Assembly (NCBI GenBank): GCA_035292445.1
Contig: DATDQB010000020.1
Location: 155,484-219,483, forward strand
Source: Candidatus Omnitrophota bacterium
GTDB taxonomy: Bacteria > Omnitrophota > Gorgyraeia > Zapsychrales > Zapsychraceae
Length of the DNA stretch: 64,000 bases
Direction of reading: 5' to 3'
Under the pieces are notes generated by a model that saw nothing but the letters and a program-made list of their open reading frames with translations, had not been told where the DNA came from and made no database searches. Positions 1-8,475 of the stretch are shown here, one piece after another (position 1 is the first letter of the stretch; every line of letters starts with the position of its first letter). The translations under genes and the position numbers were made by a program.

Positions 1-567
1 CAGGCCTTGAACAATCTGGAGATGTCCCGTTACTACGAAGATGCCGTGAACCTGTCCCAAAAACTGACCCAATGGTTTAATGAGCCCAAACAACGCCGAA
101 ACCAGTTTGTCATCTGCTCCGGTGGCGGCCCCGGCATCATGGAAGCGGCCAACCTGGGGGCCCAGAAGGCCGGTGGAAAATCCGTCGGCTTGAATATTAG
201 TCTCCCTATGGAACAATATCCCAATCCGTATCAGACCAAAGACCTTGCTTTTGAATTTCACTATTTCTTCATCAGAAAATTCTGGTTTTTTTATCTGGCC
301 AAAGCGTTGGTGATCTTTCCCGGCGGGTTCGGGACACTTGATGAATTCTTTGAGCTTTTGACCCTTATCCAAACGAAAAAGACAAAAAAACACATGCCGG
401 TTGTCATGTACGGAAAAGACTATTGGGATGAAGTGATCAATTTTAAAGCTATGGCCAAATGGGGGGCTATTTCCAAAGAGGACATGAAGCTCTTCAAAGC
501 TTTTAATAAAGTAGATGAGACCTTTGAATATTTAAAACAAGAGCTCACCAAATATTATTTCAAATAA
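1..567 (+). CDS. LOG family (TIGR00730-type) Rossmann-fold nucleotide-binding protein / cytokinin riboside 5'-monophosphate phosphoribohydrolase-like. The 5' end is truncated by the window edge.
   Basis: Translation contains the family motifs GGGPGIMEAAN and PGGFGTLDEF. The ORF starts with TTG at the window edge, and the GGGxGxM motif sits unusually close to the N-terminus, so the gene probably continues upstream of position 1. Confidence 0.75.
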   Translation, partial: QALNNLEMSRYYEDAVNLSQKLTQWFNEPKQRRNQFVICSGGGPGIMEAANLGAQKAGGKSVGLNISLPMEQYPNPYQTKDLAFEFHYFFIRKFWFFYLAKALVIFPGGFGTLDEFFELLTLIQTKKTKKHMPVVMYGKDYWDEVINFKAMAKWGAISKEDMKLFKAFNKVDETFEYLKQELTKYYFK

Positions 568-569
568 AC

Positions 570-3500
570 TTATTTTCCCGGCGGGACACATTCATAACAT
601 TTGAGGATAGGACTCTTTCGGGAAGGATGAAAGAGGATCAACCCGACTTCTTCGCAATTCTCTTCCGCTTTGCAGGCTGAACAATCACGGGCATACCCCT
701 CGTCCAAACATTCGGCATCGCCCAACTCGATTGTAACTGGCCTCTTCGGTGCTTCCTGTTTCTTTTCTGCGCATTGATAGCATGTCTCTCCCTGTTTCGT
801 CTTTTGCGCCTCAACGCATTCTTTATTGGCGCTGGCAAGGCAGCTGTTATCGCATTCGCTCTTGCTTAAAGCGCCCAGATCCGCGCAAGCCTCTTGCCGT
901 ACGGCACATGTATAACAGGGCTCCCCTTGTTTGGTTTGTCCCGCGTGAGCGCACTGCGAATCGGGTTTCTGGTTACACGGCGCGCATTCCTGCTCGGACA
1001 AAAGCCCCAGATCGGCACAGGTCTGTGGTATTTCCACACAACTATAACATTGTTGCCCCTGGTTGGTCGCTTGGGCCGTGACGCATTTTTTCGAGGCAAC
1101 GGCCTGGCAGGCGACGCAATCCGCCGCCGTTATCAGCCCTAAATCTTGGCAAATCTGCGGCTTCTCAACGCAATTGAAACATTGTTTGCCTTCGTTCGTC
1201 TTTTGCCCGGGCTGGCATTGCATCTTCGGGTCTTGAGCGCACTGGGCGCATTGTGCTTCATCCAATTGGTTCAGATCCGCGCAGGCTTGCGGTTTATCAA
1301 CGCAGGAATAACACGGCTGGCCTTCTTTGGTAGGCTGGGCCGGCTGGCATTCTTTACGCGGATTTTCATTGCATAAACGGCATTCGGTTTCATTCAAAAG
1401 CCCCAGGTCTTGGCATTGCTGCGGCTTTTCGAGGCAAACATAACATTGGCCGCCCTGTTTGGTTTTATCGCCGAGTTTACATTCCGTTCTCGCGTTTGTC
1501 TCGCACTGGCGGCATTCTTCGTCGCTCAGTTGCCCGATGTCCTGACAGCTTTGCTCTTTCTCGACGAGCTTCTCAACACAAGCATAACATTGCGTTCCTT
1601 CTTTGGTCTGCTTATCCTCGCGGCATTCGGTCTTGGAGTTACGGTTACAGAGTCGGCATTCCCGCTCATCCAACAATTCCAGATCGGCGCAGGTCTGCGG
1701 CTTTTCAATGCAAACAAAACACTGCTTGCCTTCCTTGGTTTTGTCGCCAAATTTACATTCGGCTCTCGCATTCGCTTCGCAATCACGGCACCCTGCCTCA
1801 TCCAATTGAGCAAGGTCCCCGCAGGTTTGCGGCCTATCAACGCAGCTAAAGCATTGCATCCCTTGCTTGGTCTTTTTAGCGCTTTGACATTCTTTCTTCG
1901 CATCCGTTGAACAATTCCCGCAACCGGCTTCATCCAACAATTGCAGATCAGCGCAAGTTTGCGGCCTTTCCACGCAACCGTAACATTGTTTCCCTTCTTT
2001 GGTCTGTTGGGCCGGCTGGCATTCAAAATTTCCTTTTGACGTGCATGATCCACATTGTGTTTCATCAATGAGATCGAGATCTTTGCATTCCTGAGGTTTA
2101 TCTACGCAAACGAAACATGGCAGGCCTTCTTTGGTCTTGTTGCCTTCTTTGCATTCGGTCTTGGAATTGCGGTTGCACAAACGGCATTCGCGTTCATCCA
2201 ATTGCTCCAAGTCAGCGCACGTTTGCGGTCTATCGGCGCAGCTGAAACATTGTTCGCCCTCATTGGTCTTTTGAGCGATCACACATTCTTTTTTCGGATC
2301 AGATTCGCATTGGACGCACGCATCAGCCTCGACCAATCCCAGATCGGCACACACCTGCGGGCGATCCTCGCAGGAGAAACACTGCTGGCCTTCTTTTGTC
2401 CGACGGGAACTGGCGCATTGTTTCTTGGGATCCTGCGTGCAGGAGGCACAATCGCCCTCGCTGATAAGGCCCAGGTCAACGCAGGTTTGCGGCTTTTCAA
2501 CGCAGCTGAAACACTGTTTTCCTTCCTTGGTTGGCTGGGCTGGCTGGCACTCGGCATTCCCTTTGGCCACACATGACTCACATTGCGTTTCATCAATAAG
2601 ATCCAGATCGCGGCATTCCTGAGGCTTATCCACGCAAATAAAACATTGCGCGCCTTCCTTAGTTTTATTACCCTCTTTGCATTCGGTCTTGGAATTGCGG
2701 TTGCATAGCCGGCAGTCACGTTCATCCAATTGCTCCAGATCCACACAGGTCTGCGGCTTATCAATACAACTAAAACAAGCTTCGCCCTCTTCGGTCTTTT
2801 TATCCGGTTTGCATTCCTTGCCGGCCTCGACACACCCGATGCATTGATTGGCATCAATAAGCCCCAAATCGCTGCATGACTGCGGTTTGTCGGCGCAAAC
2901 AAAACATTGCTCCCCTTCATTTGTTATCTTATCGGCTTGGCATATCTTGGCGGGATCGGAAGTACATTCTTGGCATTGCGCTTCATTTAATAAATCCAAA
3001 TCGGCGCATTCCTGCGGGCGCAGTTCACAACTGTAACATTGCATCCCCTCTTTGGTCCTTTGGGAAATAACACAACGTTTTTTTGAATCTCTCTCACATT
3101 TCTTGCATTCATCAATGCTAATAAGTCCGAAATCATCGCAACTTTGCGGTTTTTCGGTACAAACAAAACATTGCCTGCCCTCTTTTGTTTTATTGCCTTC
3201 GTTACATTCCGTGTTGGGTTTTTGAAGGCACCCCTCGCAAGAGGCTTTCTCCAATTGGCCGATATCCGTGCAGGTCTGCGGTTTATCGAGGCAAACAAAA
3301 CACGCTAGCCCTTGTTTGGTTTTCTTATCCGGTTTACATTCCTTATTAGGATCTTCGCCACAAAGCTTGCAGCCAGGCTCATCCAAGAGGTTTAGATCGG
3401 CGCAGGTCTGGAGTTTATCGAGGCATCTGAAGCAGGCTTTGCCTTCTTTGGTCTTTTTGCCGGCGAGGCATTCTTTCGATGGGTCTTTCACGCATTCGGC

Positions 3501-5615
3501 GCACTGATCGGCATCAAGCAAATCAAGATCACGGCACTCCTGCGGTTTGTCAACACAGCTAAAACATGACAGGCCTTCTTTGGTTTTATCGGCTTTCTTA
3601 CATTCTTTCGATTCCTCTGTGCATAAATCACAAAATTCCTCGTCGAAAAACCCGATATCGGCGCAGGTCTGCGGCCGCTCCACGCAGGAATAACACAGCT
3701 CGCCTCCTTCAGTGCTCTTATCGGCCTTGCATTCTTTCTTCTTGTCTGCTTCACAGGAAGAGCAGCCACCCCTGGAAATTAACCCGAGGTCTTCGCATTC
3801 CTGCGGCCTTTGGACGCATTCAAAACATGGCGTGCCTTCCTTTGTTTTCTTCTTGGGCCGGCATTCGCTTCTAGGCTTTTGGGCACACTCCTGGCAGGCA
3901 GCTTCATCCGAAAGCCCCAGGTCAGAACATGTTTCAGGACGGTCCTCACACTCAAAACATGGCTTACCTTCTTTGGTCACTTTATCTTTGACGCATTGCT
4001 TCTTTCGGTTACGCTCGCAAGAAGCGCAATCTTTTTCATCCAACAAATTGAGTTCAGCGCATTCTTGGGATTTCTCAGCGCAAACGTAACACTGTTTGCC
4101 TTCTTTGGTCTTCTGATCCTGACGGCATTCGGTCTTTTTGTTGCGATCGCACGCGGGGCAATCGCCTTTATCGAGCAAGCCTAAATCGACACATTCCTGC
4201 GGCTTATCGACACAGGCAAAGCATTGTTTGTCCTCTTTGGTAGATTCCGCTTGTTTGCACTCTTTGCGCGGGTTTTGTTCGCACGAAACACCGCAATCTT
4301 TCTTATCAAGAAGCCCGATATCGACACATTCCTGCGGCTTATCCACACAAGTAAAACATGGCTTGCCTTCTTTGGTTTTCTGGGCCTCCTTGCACTCGCT
4401 TCTGTTATCTTCTTCGCATTGGGCGCAACCCTTTTGATCAAAAAAGCCGATATCTATGCATTCCTGGGGCCTGTCAACGCAGGCAAAACATGGCTTGCCT
4501 TCTTTGGTTTGCTTGGACGCTTCGCATATCTTCTTGGGATTTTGAGTACAAACAGCGCAATCTTTTTCATCGAGCAACTTCAGGTCAACACACTCCTGCG
4601 GCTTATCGATGCATTTAAAGCACGAGACCCCCTCTTTTATGTTTCTTAAAGGAACACATTGCTTGGAAGGGTCTTTGGCGCAGGATGGGCATTCTTTTTC
4701 GTCGATCAAATCAAGGTCGGCGCATGTTTCGGAGCGCGACACGCACGCGTAACATTGCCTGCCTTCCTTGGTCTGCTGGGCCGGCTGGCATTCCATCTTG
4801 AGATCGCTCGAACACTGCCGGCAATCCTTTCTCTCCAATAAACCAATGTCGGGACACTCTTGCTCTTGCTCCAGGCATTTATAACACTGTTTGCCAGTCT
4901 TTGTTTTCTTGATCTCAACGCACTGTTTATGGCGTGCAATGTTGCAGGCGTCGCATTCTTTCTTATCGATCAAACGCATATCGGCGCATTCGTTGGTGCG
5001 CAAGACGCATTCGAAACATTCCGTGCCGTCTTCCGCTGTTTCTTTCACGACGCATTCCATGAACGGATTGACATTGCAGGCCTTGCATTCGGAGATGGTG
5101 AGCAAACCGAGCTCTTTACAGACGGGTGGTTTCGACTCGCATTGAAAACAGGAATCTCCGTCAATGGTCTTGCGGACAAAAACGCATTCACCGTAAGGGA
5201 TCTTCTGGCACTCGGAGCATTGCCCTTTATCCAGAAGCTTTATTTCGCGGCATTGTTGGCGGCGCTGCAGGCATTCATAGCATTGTTCACCGCTTTTGGT
5301 CTTTAAACTGGGCTGGCAGACGTTTTTGGGGACGTCTTCACATTGACCGCAGTCTTCTCGTTTGATGAGGCCGACTTCTCGGCACGTTTGGGGGGCAGGC
5401 AGCGGGGAAACTTTAGGTTGTCCAAGAGTTTGGCGGGAGGTGGCCAAAGTATCTATTGGGAGTTTCTCCCGCTGCACAAGTGTCGATACGCTATTATTTT
5501 CAAGTTGCTGGAGCGCCTGTGGCCCCGTGGCTGCTCCAGATCTGTCTTCAGCTATTAAAGAGAAAGATATCAGTGAGCAAATAAAAACGACCGCCGCCAA
5601 TTTCGATATCTTCAT
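570..5615 (-). CDS. Giant secreted cysteine-rich tandem-repeat protein (1681 aa). It has an N-terminal signal peptide followed by about 35 copies of a 44-aa repeat with six Cys each. Function unknown.
   Basis: One uninterrupted 5-kb ORF. The N-terminus MKISKLAAVVFICSLISFSLIA is signal-peptide-like. The repeat consensus is roughly PQxCxDLGLLDxxxCxxCxxxxxxxCxxxxKTKEGxxCFxCVDKPQ, repeated throughout. Opposite-strand ORFs in this span are repeat artefacts. Confidence 0.8.
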   Translation of the reverse strand: MKISKLAAVVFICSLISFSLIAEDRSGAATGPQALQQLENNSVSTLVQREKLPIDTLATSRQTLGQPKVSPLPAPQTCREVGLIKREDCGQCEDVPKNVCQPSLKTKSGEQCYECLQRRQQCREIKLLDKGQCSECQKIPYGECVFVRKTIDGDSCFQCESKPPVCKELGLLTISECKACNVNPFMECVVKETAEDGTECFECVLRTNECADMRLIDKKECDACNIARHKQCVEIKKTKTGKQCYKCLEQEQECPDIGLLERKDCRQCSSDLKMECQPAQQTKEGRQCYACVSRSETCADLDLIDEKECPSCAKDPSKQCVPLRNIKEGVSCFKCIDKPQECVDLKLLDEKDCAVCTQNPKKICEASKQTKEGKPCFACVDRPQECIDIGFFDQKGCAQCEEDNRSECKEAQKTKEGKPCFTCVDKPQECVDIGLLDKKDCGVSCEQNPRKECKQAESTKEDKQCFACVDKPQECVDLGLLDKGDCPACDRNKKTECRQDQKTKEGKQCYVCAEKSQECAELNLLDEKDCASCERNRKKQCVKDKVTKEGKPCFECEDRPETCSDLGLSDEAACQECAQKPRSECRPKKKTKEGTPCFECVQRPQECEDLGLISRGGCSSCEADKKKECKADKSTEGGELCYSCVERPQTCADIGFFDEEFCDLCTEESKECKKADKTKEGLSCFSCVDKPQECRDLDLLDADQCAECVKDPSKECLAGKKTKEGKACFRCLDKLQTCADLNLLDEPGCKLCGEDPNKECKPDKKTKQGLACFVCLDKPQTCTDIGQLEKASCEGCLQKPNTECNEGNKTKEGRQCFVCTEKPQSCDDFGLISIDECKKCERDSKKRCVISQRTKEGMQCYSCELRPQECADLDLLNEAQCQECTSDPAKICQADKITNEGEQCFVCADKPQSCSDLGLIDANQCIGCVEAGKECKPDKKTEEGEACFSCIDKPQTCVDLEQLDERDCRLCNRNSKTECKEGNKTKEGAQCFICVDKPQECRDLDLIDETQCESCVAKGNAECQPAQPTKEGKQCFSCVEKPQTCVDLGLISEGDCASCTQDPKKQCASSRRTKEGQQCFSCEDRPQVCADLGLVEADACVQCESDPKKECVIAQKTNEGEQCFSCADRPQTCADLEQLDERECRLCNRNSKTECKEGNKTKEGLPCFVCVDKPQECKDLDLIDETQCGSCTSKGNFECQPAQQTKEGKQCYGCVERPQTCADLQLLDEAGCGNCSTDAKKECQSAKKTKQGMQCFSCVDRPQTCGDLAQLDEAGCRDCEANARAECKFGDKTKEGKQCFVCIEKPQTCADLELLDERECRLCNRNSKTECREDKQTKEGTQCYACVEKLVEKEQSCQDIGQLSDEECRQCETNARTECKLGDKTKQGGQCYVCLEKPQQCQDLGLLNETECRLCNENPRKECQPAQPTKEGQPCYSCVDKPQACADLNQLDEAQCAQCAQDPKMQCQPGQKTNEGKQCFNCVEKPQICQDLGLITAADCVACQAVASKKCVTAQATNQGQQCYSCVEIPQTCADLGLLSEQECAPCNQKPDSQCAHAGQTKQGEPCYTCAVRQEACADLGALSKSECDNSCLASANKECVEAQKTKQGETCYQCAEKKQEAPKRPVTIELGDAECLDEGYARDCSACKAEENCEEVGLILFHPSRKSPILKCYECVPPGK
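755..5375. repeat. Tandem array of about 132-bp (44-codon) direct repeats inside the Cys-rich gene.
   Basis: Periodic recurrence of motifs such as caaacaaaacattg / ttctttggtct / gcattcggtcttgg at about 132-bp spacing on the plus strand. This corresponds to the protein-level repeats. Confidence 0.8.
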
Positions 5616-5668
5616 TGCCCTTCCTTAACTTATTCGTAATCAAGAAAATAAAACTCATTACTCTATAC

Positions 5669-7759
5669 TCACATTCTACTTAAAATATCCTTTGTTTCAA
5701 GTGTTTCAAACGGAATCTCTTTGGGAATGCTCACCGTCAATTTAATTTGGCCAGTGGCCATTAACTCTTCCGACTCGATTTTCATGTAACTCGAAAGCTC
5801 AGCGGCATCTACACCCAACTCAAACGCTAATTCCTTTTGCGCCTCCTCAAGCGTCAGCTTGCGGGCCATGGCATATTTGATCTTATCCGAGGCGCTGACC
5901 ATCTCAAGGGGCTTGGAAATCTTGGTTAAATAAATACGGTTTTCCTGAACTCCCTTTTGCGCCCTGAAATTAAAAACCCCCACCTGATCCAAACCATAAT
6001 TGGCCACATAAATCTTCCCGTTGGCGACCGTTACGCTGGAAAGGCTAGGAAAATAACTGGGTCCCTGGCCGTTGGAGCCGAAATCCATCACCAATTCGCC
6101 GTTGGGATCAATGATCGTCACTTTGTGCCGGCCCCGATCCGCCACGTACAGATAATCATGCTCATCAATGCTTAGATCAACAGGGTCTTCAAATTGTATT
6201 TCCTGGTCCAACAACCCGCCGATCTGGCGGATGAATTCGCCGCCTTTGGTGAAGATCTGGATGCGCCTGTTCCTGCTGTCCAAAACAAATAACCGATCTC
6301 TTGAATCAAAAGCGACCGTTTTAGGGCTTAAGAACGTCCCCGGCGACGGGCCGGCCTCGTTCATTCTTTCTGATTTCTCTCCGAAAGCTTTCAGGTAAAT
6401 ACCGTCTTCGCTGAAGATCTGAATGCGGTTGTTCTTGCTGTCAGCGACATAGATGTTCCCCTGGCTGTCCGCGGCAACCCCGCCCAACGCGTTGAATTCA
6501 CCGGCTTGATCACCGCGCTTACCGAAAAAATAGGTCGGATTCCCTTCCTGGTCCAGAAGCTGAAGCCGATGATTCCCTGTGTCGGCGACCAAAATCCTTC
6601 CTCTGGGATCCACCTCAATGGATCCCGGCCGTTTCAATTGATGTAAATTCTCGTTCAATGGCTGGAACGTTAAATGGGCCGGGTCCTTGATAAGGATTTC
6701 TCCCCGCTTCTCGGCTAAAGCATAAAGCCCTTTTTGCTCGTCATAATTAAGATCAACAACGCTGGGACCGGCATCAATCGAACGATCATAATCAAGAAGG
6801 GGCGGTAAATAGACCGCTGGCTCAAGATTGCCCTTAGGGCTTCCTGTGATCTCCAATACCTGAACGCGCCGATTCCTGGCATCCGCCACATAAACATGAC
6901 CCGTCCGATCCGCCGTGATCCCCGATGGCCAGTTAAACTGTCCTTTACCGTCCCCTTGAGATCCGAAAGAAAACAATAACTTCTTGTTTTGATCGATCTT
7001 TTTGACGCTGTGCGAATCCGTCTCGATCAAATAAATATCCCCTCGCATGTCAACGGAAATACCCGCCGAGCTGGAAATAAGGTCCTTCCCCTCCGCCTTG
7101 AGAGTGATCTGTTCATATTCATATGTCTTCAAATTAAATTTAATGATACGCCCGATGCCCGGCATAAGGACGTAAAGATGCTCGTTAAGATCGAAAACCA
7201 AATCCGTCGGCTTAAAGCTTAACCGTCGGTAATCCAGAAATGCCCCGTTGGGGGAAAACTTGGAAATGGTCTTATTGGTGCTGTCGCCGATATAGATGTT
7301 TCCGATGTTATCAATGGCAATGCTGTCGGGCGATTTAAACTGCCCTTCGTCCTTCCCGTAATGGCCCAGCTGAAAGACAAATTCGCCTTGAGGGCCGAAG
7401 ACCTGCACGCGGCTATTGCCGGTATCCGCTACAACCACGTTTCCCGTTAATGTTAAAGCGACCGCTTTAGGCTGATTGAACTCACCGATATTCGAACCTC
7501 TTTGGCCGAAAGAACTTTTTAATTCCCCCTGTGGATTAAAGACGGATACCTTTGCCTGCTTTCGATCCAGCACATAAATGTCGCCGCTGTCATTGACCGC
7601 GGCATCAATAGGCTCCTGCAGGCCTTCCGTTAATTCCCGTACAAACTTGACCTCTTCAAGCGCCCACGAATCCTGAACATTCAGACCGATAAGACCAATC
7701 GTGAAGGCCAGCAGGAACGAATAGTTTCGGAATATTTTCCTTTGTTTCATAAACCCCAC
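5669..7759 (-). CDS. NHL-repeat beta-propeller protein (about 12 NHL blades) with an N-terminal signal peptide and a C-terminal non-repeat domain.
   Basis: Repeated GxxGxxxGQFxxPxGIAxDxxGxIYVADxxNxRIQxF-type blades (e.g. GQFNWPSGITADRTGHVYVADARNRRVQVL). The N-terminus is hydrophobic. A GGGGTGGGG ribosome-binding site lies 4 nt upstream of the ATG. The gap to the downstream Cys-rich gene is 53 bp, which suggests an operon. Confidence 0.85.
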   Translation of the reverse strand: MGFMKQRKIFRNYSFLLAFTIGLIGLNVQDSWALEEVKFVRELTEGLQEPIDAAVNDSGDIYVLDRKQAKVSVFNPQGELKSSFGQRGSNIGEFNQPKAVALTLTGNVVVADTGNSRVQVFGPQGEFVFQLGHYGKDEGQFKSPDSIAIDNIGNIYIGDSTNKTISKFSPNGAFLDYRRLSFKPTDLVFDLNEHLYVLMPGIGRIIKFNLKTYEYEQITLKAEGKDLISSSAGISVDMRGDIYLIETDSHSVKKIDQNKKLLFSFGSQGDGKGQFNWPSGITADRTGHVYVADARNRRVQVLEITGSPKGNLEPAVYLPPLLDYDRSIDAGPSVVDLNYDEQKGLYALAEKRGEILIKDPAHLTFQPLNENLHQLKRPGSIEVDPRGRILVADTGNHRLQLLDQEGNPTYFFGKRGDQAGEFNALGGVAADSQGNIYVADSKNNRIQIFSEDGIYLKAFGEKSERMNEAGPSPGTFLSPKTVAFDSRDRLFVLDSRNRRIQIFTKGGEFIRQIGGLLDQEIQFEDPVDLSIDEHDYLYVADRGRHKVTIIDPNGELVMDFGSNGQGPSYFPSLSSVTVANGKIYVANYGLDQVGVFNFRAQKGVQENRIYLTKISKPLEMVSASDKIKYAMARKLTLEEAQKELAFELGVDAAELSSYMKIESEELMATGQIKLTVSIPKEIPFETLETKDILSRM

Positions 7760-7784
7760 CCCATCAATAGATTTTTCACAACAA

Positions 7785-7812
7785 AAAAGGCCTATTCCAA
7801 AAGGAATAGGCC
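7785..7812 (-). terminator. Intrinsic terminator hairpin on the minus strand, 26 bp upstream of the NHL start codon. It is the candidate attenuator / expression platform of leader element A.
   Basis: Perfect inverted repeat aggcctattcc aaaa ggaataggcct, followed on the minus strand by TTTTTTGTTGTG. Confidence 0.6.
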
Positions 7813-8130
7813 TTAGCTAGACAGAATCTATCTGTTAAAAAAGATGCTTTGATTCGGCAGCTGGCTATCCCTTTTCAAGGACCCTTCCCCGACGCTTCGG
7901 TCGGGGCCCCGACTTCCTCATTTAATTTTTTCTGAGGAAACGTCGGGGTAGTTTTGCGACCCCGGATTACTCCGCCCCGCTTCGCCGAATTACTTTCGTA
8001 TTCGGCTACGCAGGACGTTCTGCGAAGCTCAAACGTGAAAACTTTTGAGCGAAGCAGAACGGGTGTGCCTTTTTCGTCAAAAAGACGAATTTTTAAAGAA
8101 CTGTTAGAAATTTATCTATCATCAAACAAA
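7785..8130 (-). ncRNA. Structured RNA-like element copy A (about 340 nt). It is a candidate riboswitch, attenuator or sRNA in the 5' leader of the NHL / Cys-rich operon.
   Basis: The minus-strand order is: a conserved 44-nt imperfect hairpin (GUUCUGCUUCGCUCAAAAGUUUUCACGUUUGAGCUUCGCAGAAC); a second hairpin (GCCGAAU..AUUCGGC); GC-rich stems (CCCCGAC/GUCGGGG twice); the conserved stretch GGAUAGCCAGCUGCCGAAUCAAA; then the terminator. It is paralogous to copy B, with compensatory substitutions between the two. Confidence 0.4.
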
Positions 8131-8139
8131 AAGCCTGTC

Positions 8140-8375
8140 CGCACATAAATAGAGGACAGGCCTTGAACGTCTTTCTTGCTGTTTTGATTCGGCAACTGGC
8201 TATCCTCGTGAAAGGACCCTATTAGCTTTGCGTCCCTGAGTTACCCCGCTCTACTACGCCAAATACTTAACGTATTTGGCTTCGAAGAGCGTTCTGCGAA
8301 GCTCAAACGTGAAAACTTTTGAGCGAAGCAGAACAGGTTTGCTATTATCGTCAAAAACAATGAGCAACTGACACC
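8140..8375 (-). ncRNA. Structured RNA-like element copy B (about 235 nt), a tandem paralogue of copy A.
   Basis: It shares the identical 44-nt 5' hairpin with copy A. Its second hairpin is GCCAAAUAC..GUAUUUGGC against GCCGAAU..AUUCGGC in copy A, i.e. compensatory changes. It also shares the GGAUAGCCAG(U/C)UGCCGAAUCAAA block, and ends in its own terminator hairpin cctgtcc..ggacagg plus a U-run (8147-8172, minus strand). Confidence 0.4.
8147..8172 (-). terminator. Intrinsic terminator hairpin of element B, on the minus strand.
   Basis: cctgtccgcacataaatagaggacagg, followed on the minus strand by CUUUUUGUUUG. Confidence 0.5.
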
Positions 8376-8475
8376 TAATGGAAGTATAAACTATGCCCGG
8401 CTAAAATGCAAATGATCGGAGGAAACTTCATTTAACACACCCAAATAAATCAGTACCCGTTTGACTTAACGCATT

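Noticed and set aside
638-5558. Dozens of 60-200-aa ORFs on both strands inside the 570..5615 region (e.g. 1410..1910 +, 1526..2068 -, 2279..2920 -, 4224..4649 +, 4860..5306 +).
   Set aside because: They lie entirely within the 5-kb Cys-rich repeat gene. Open frames arise from the codon periodicity of the tandem repeats (Cys/Lys/Glu codons lack stops in other frames). None has an independent signal.
7954-8148. 64-aa plus-strand ORF inside the tandem structured-RNA region.
   Set aside because: It overlaps the conserved hairpins of element A. It has no ribosome-binding site and reads through RNA stems. The region is better explained as non-coding.
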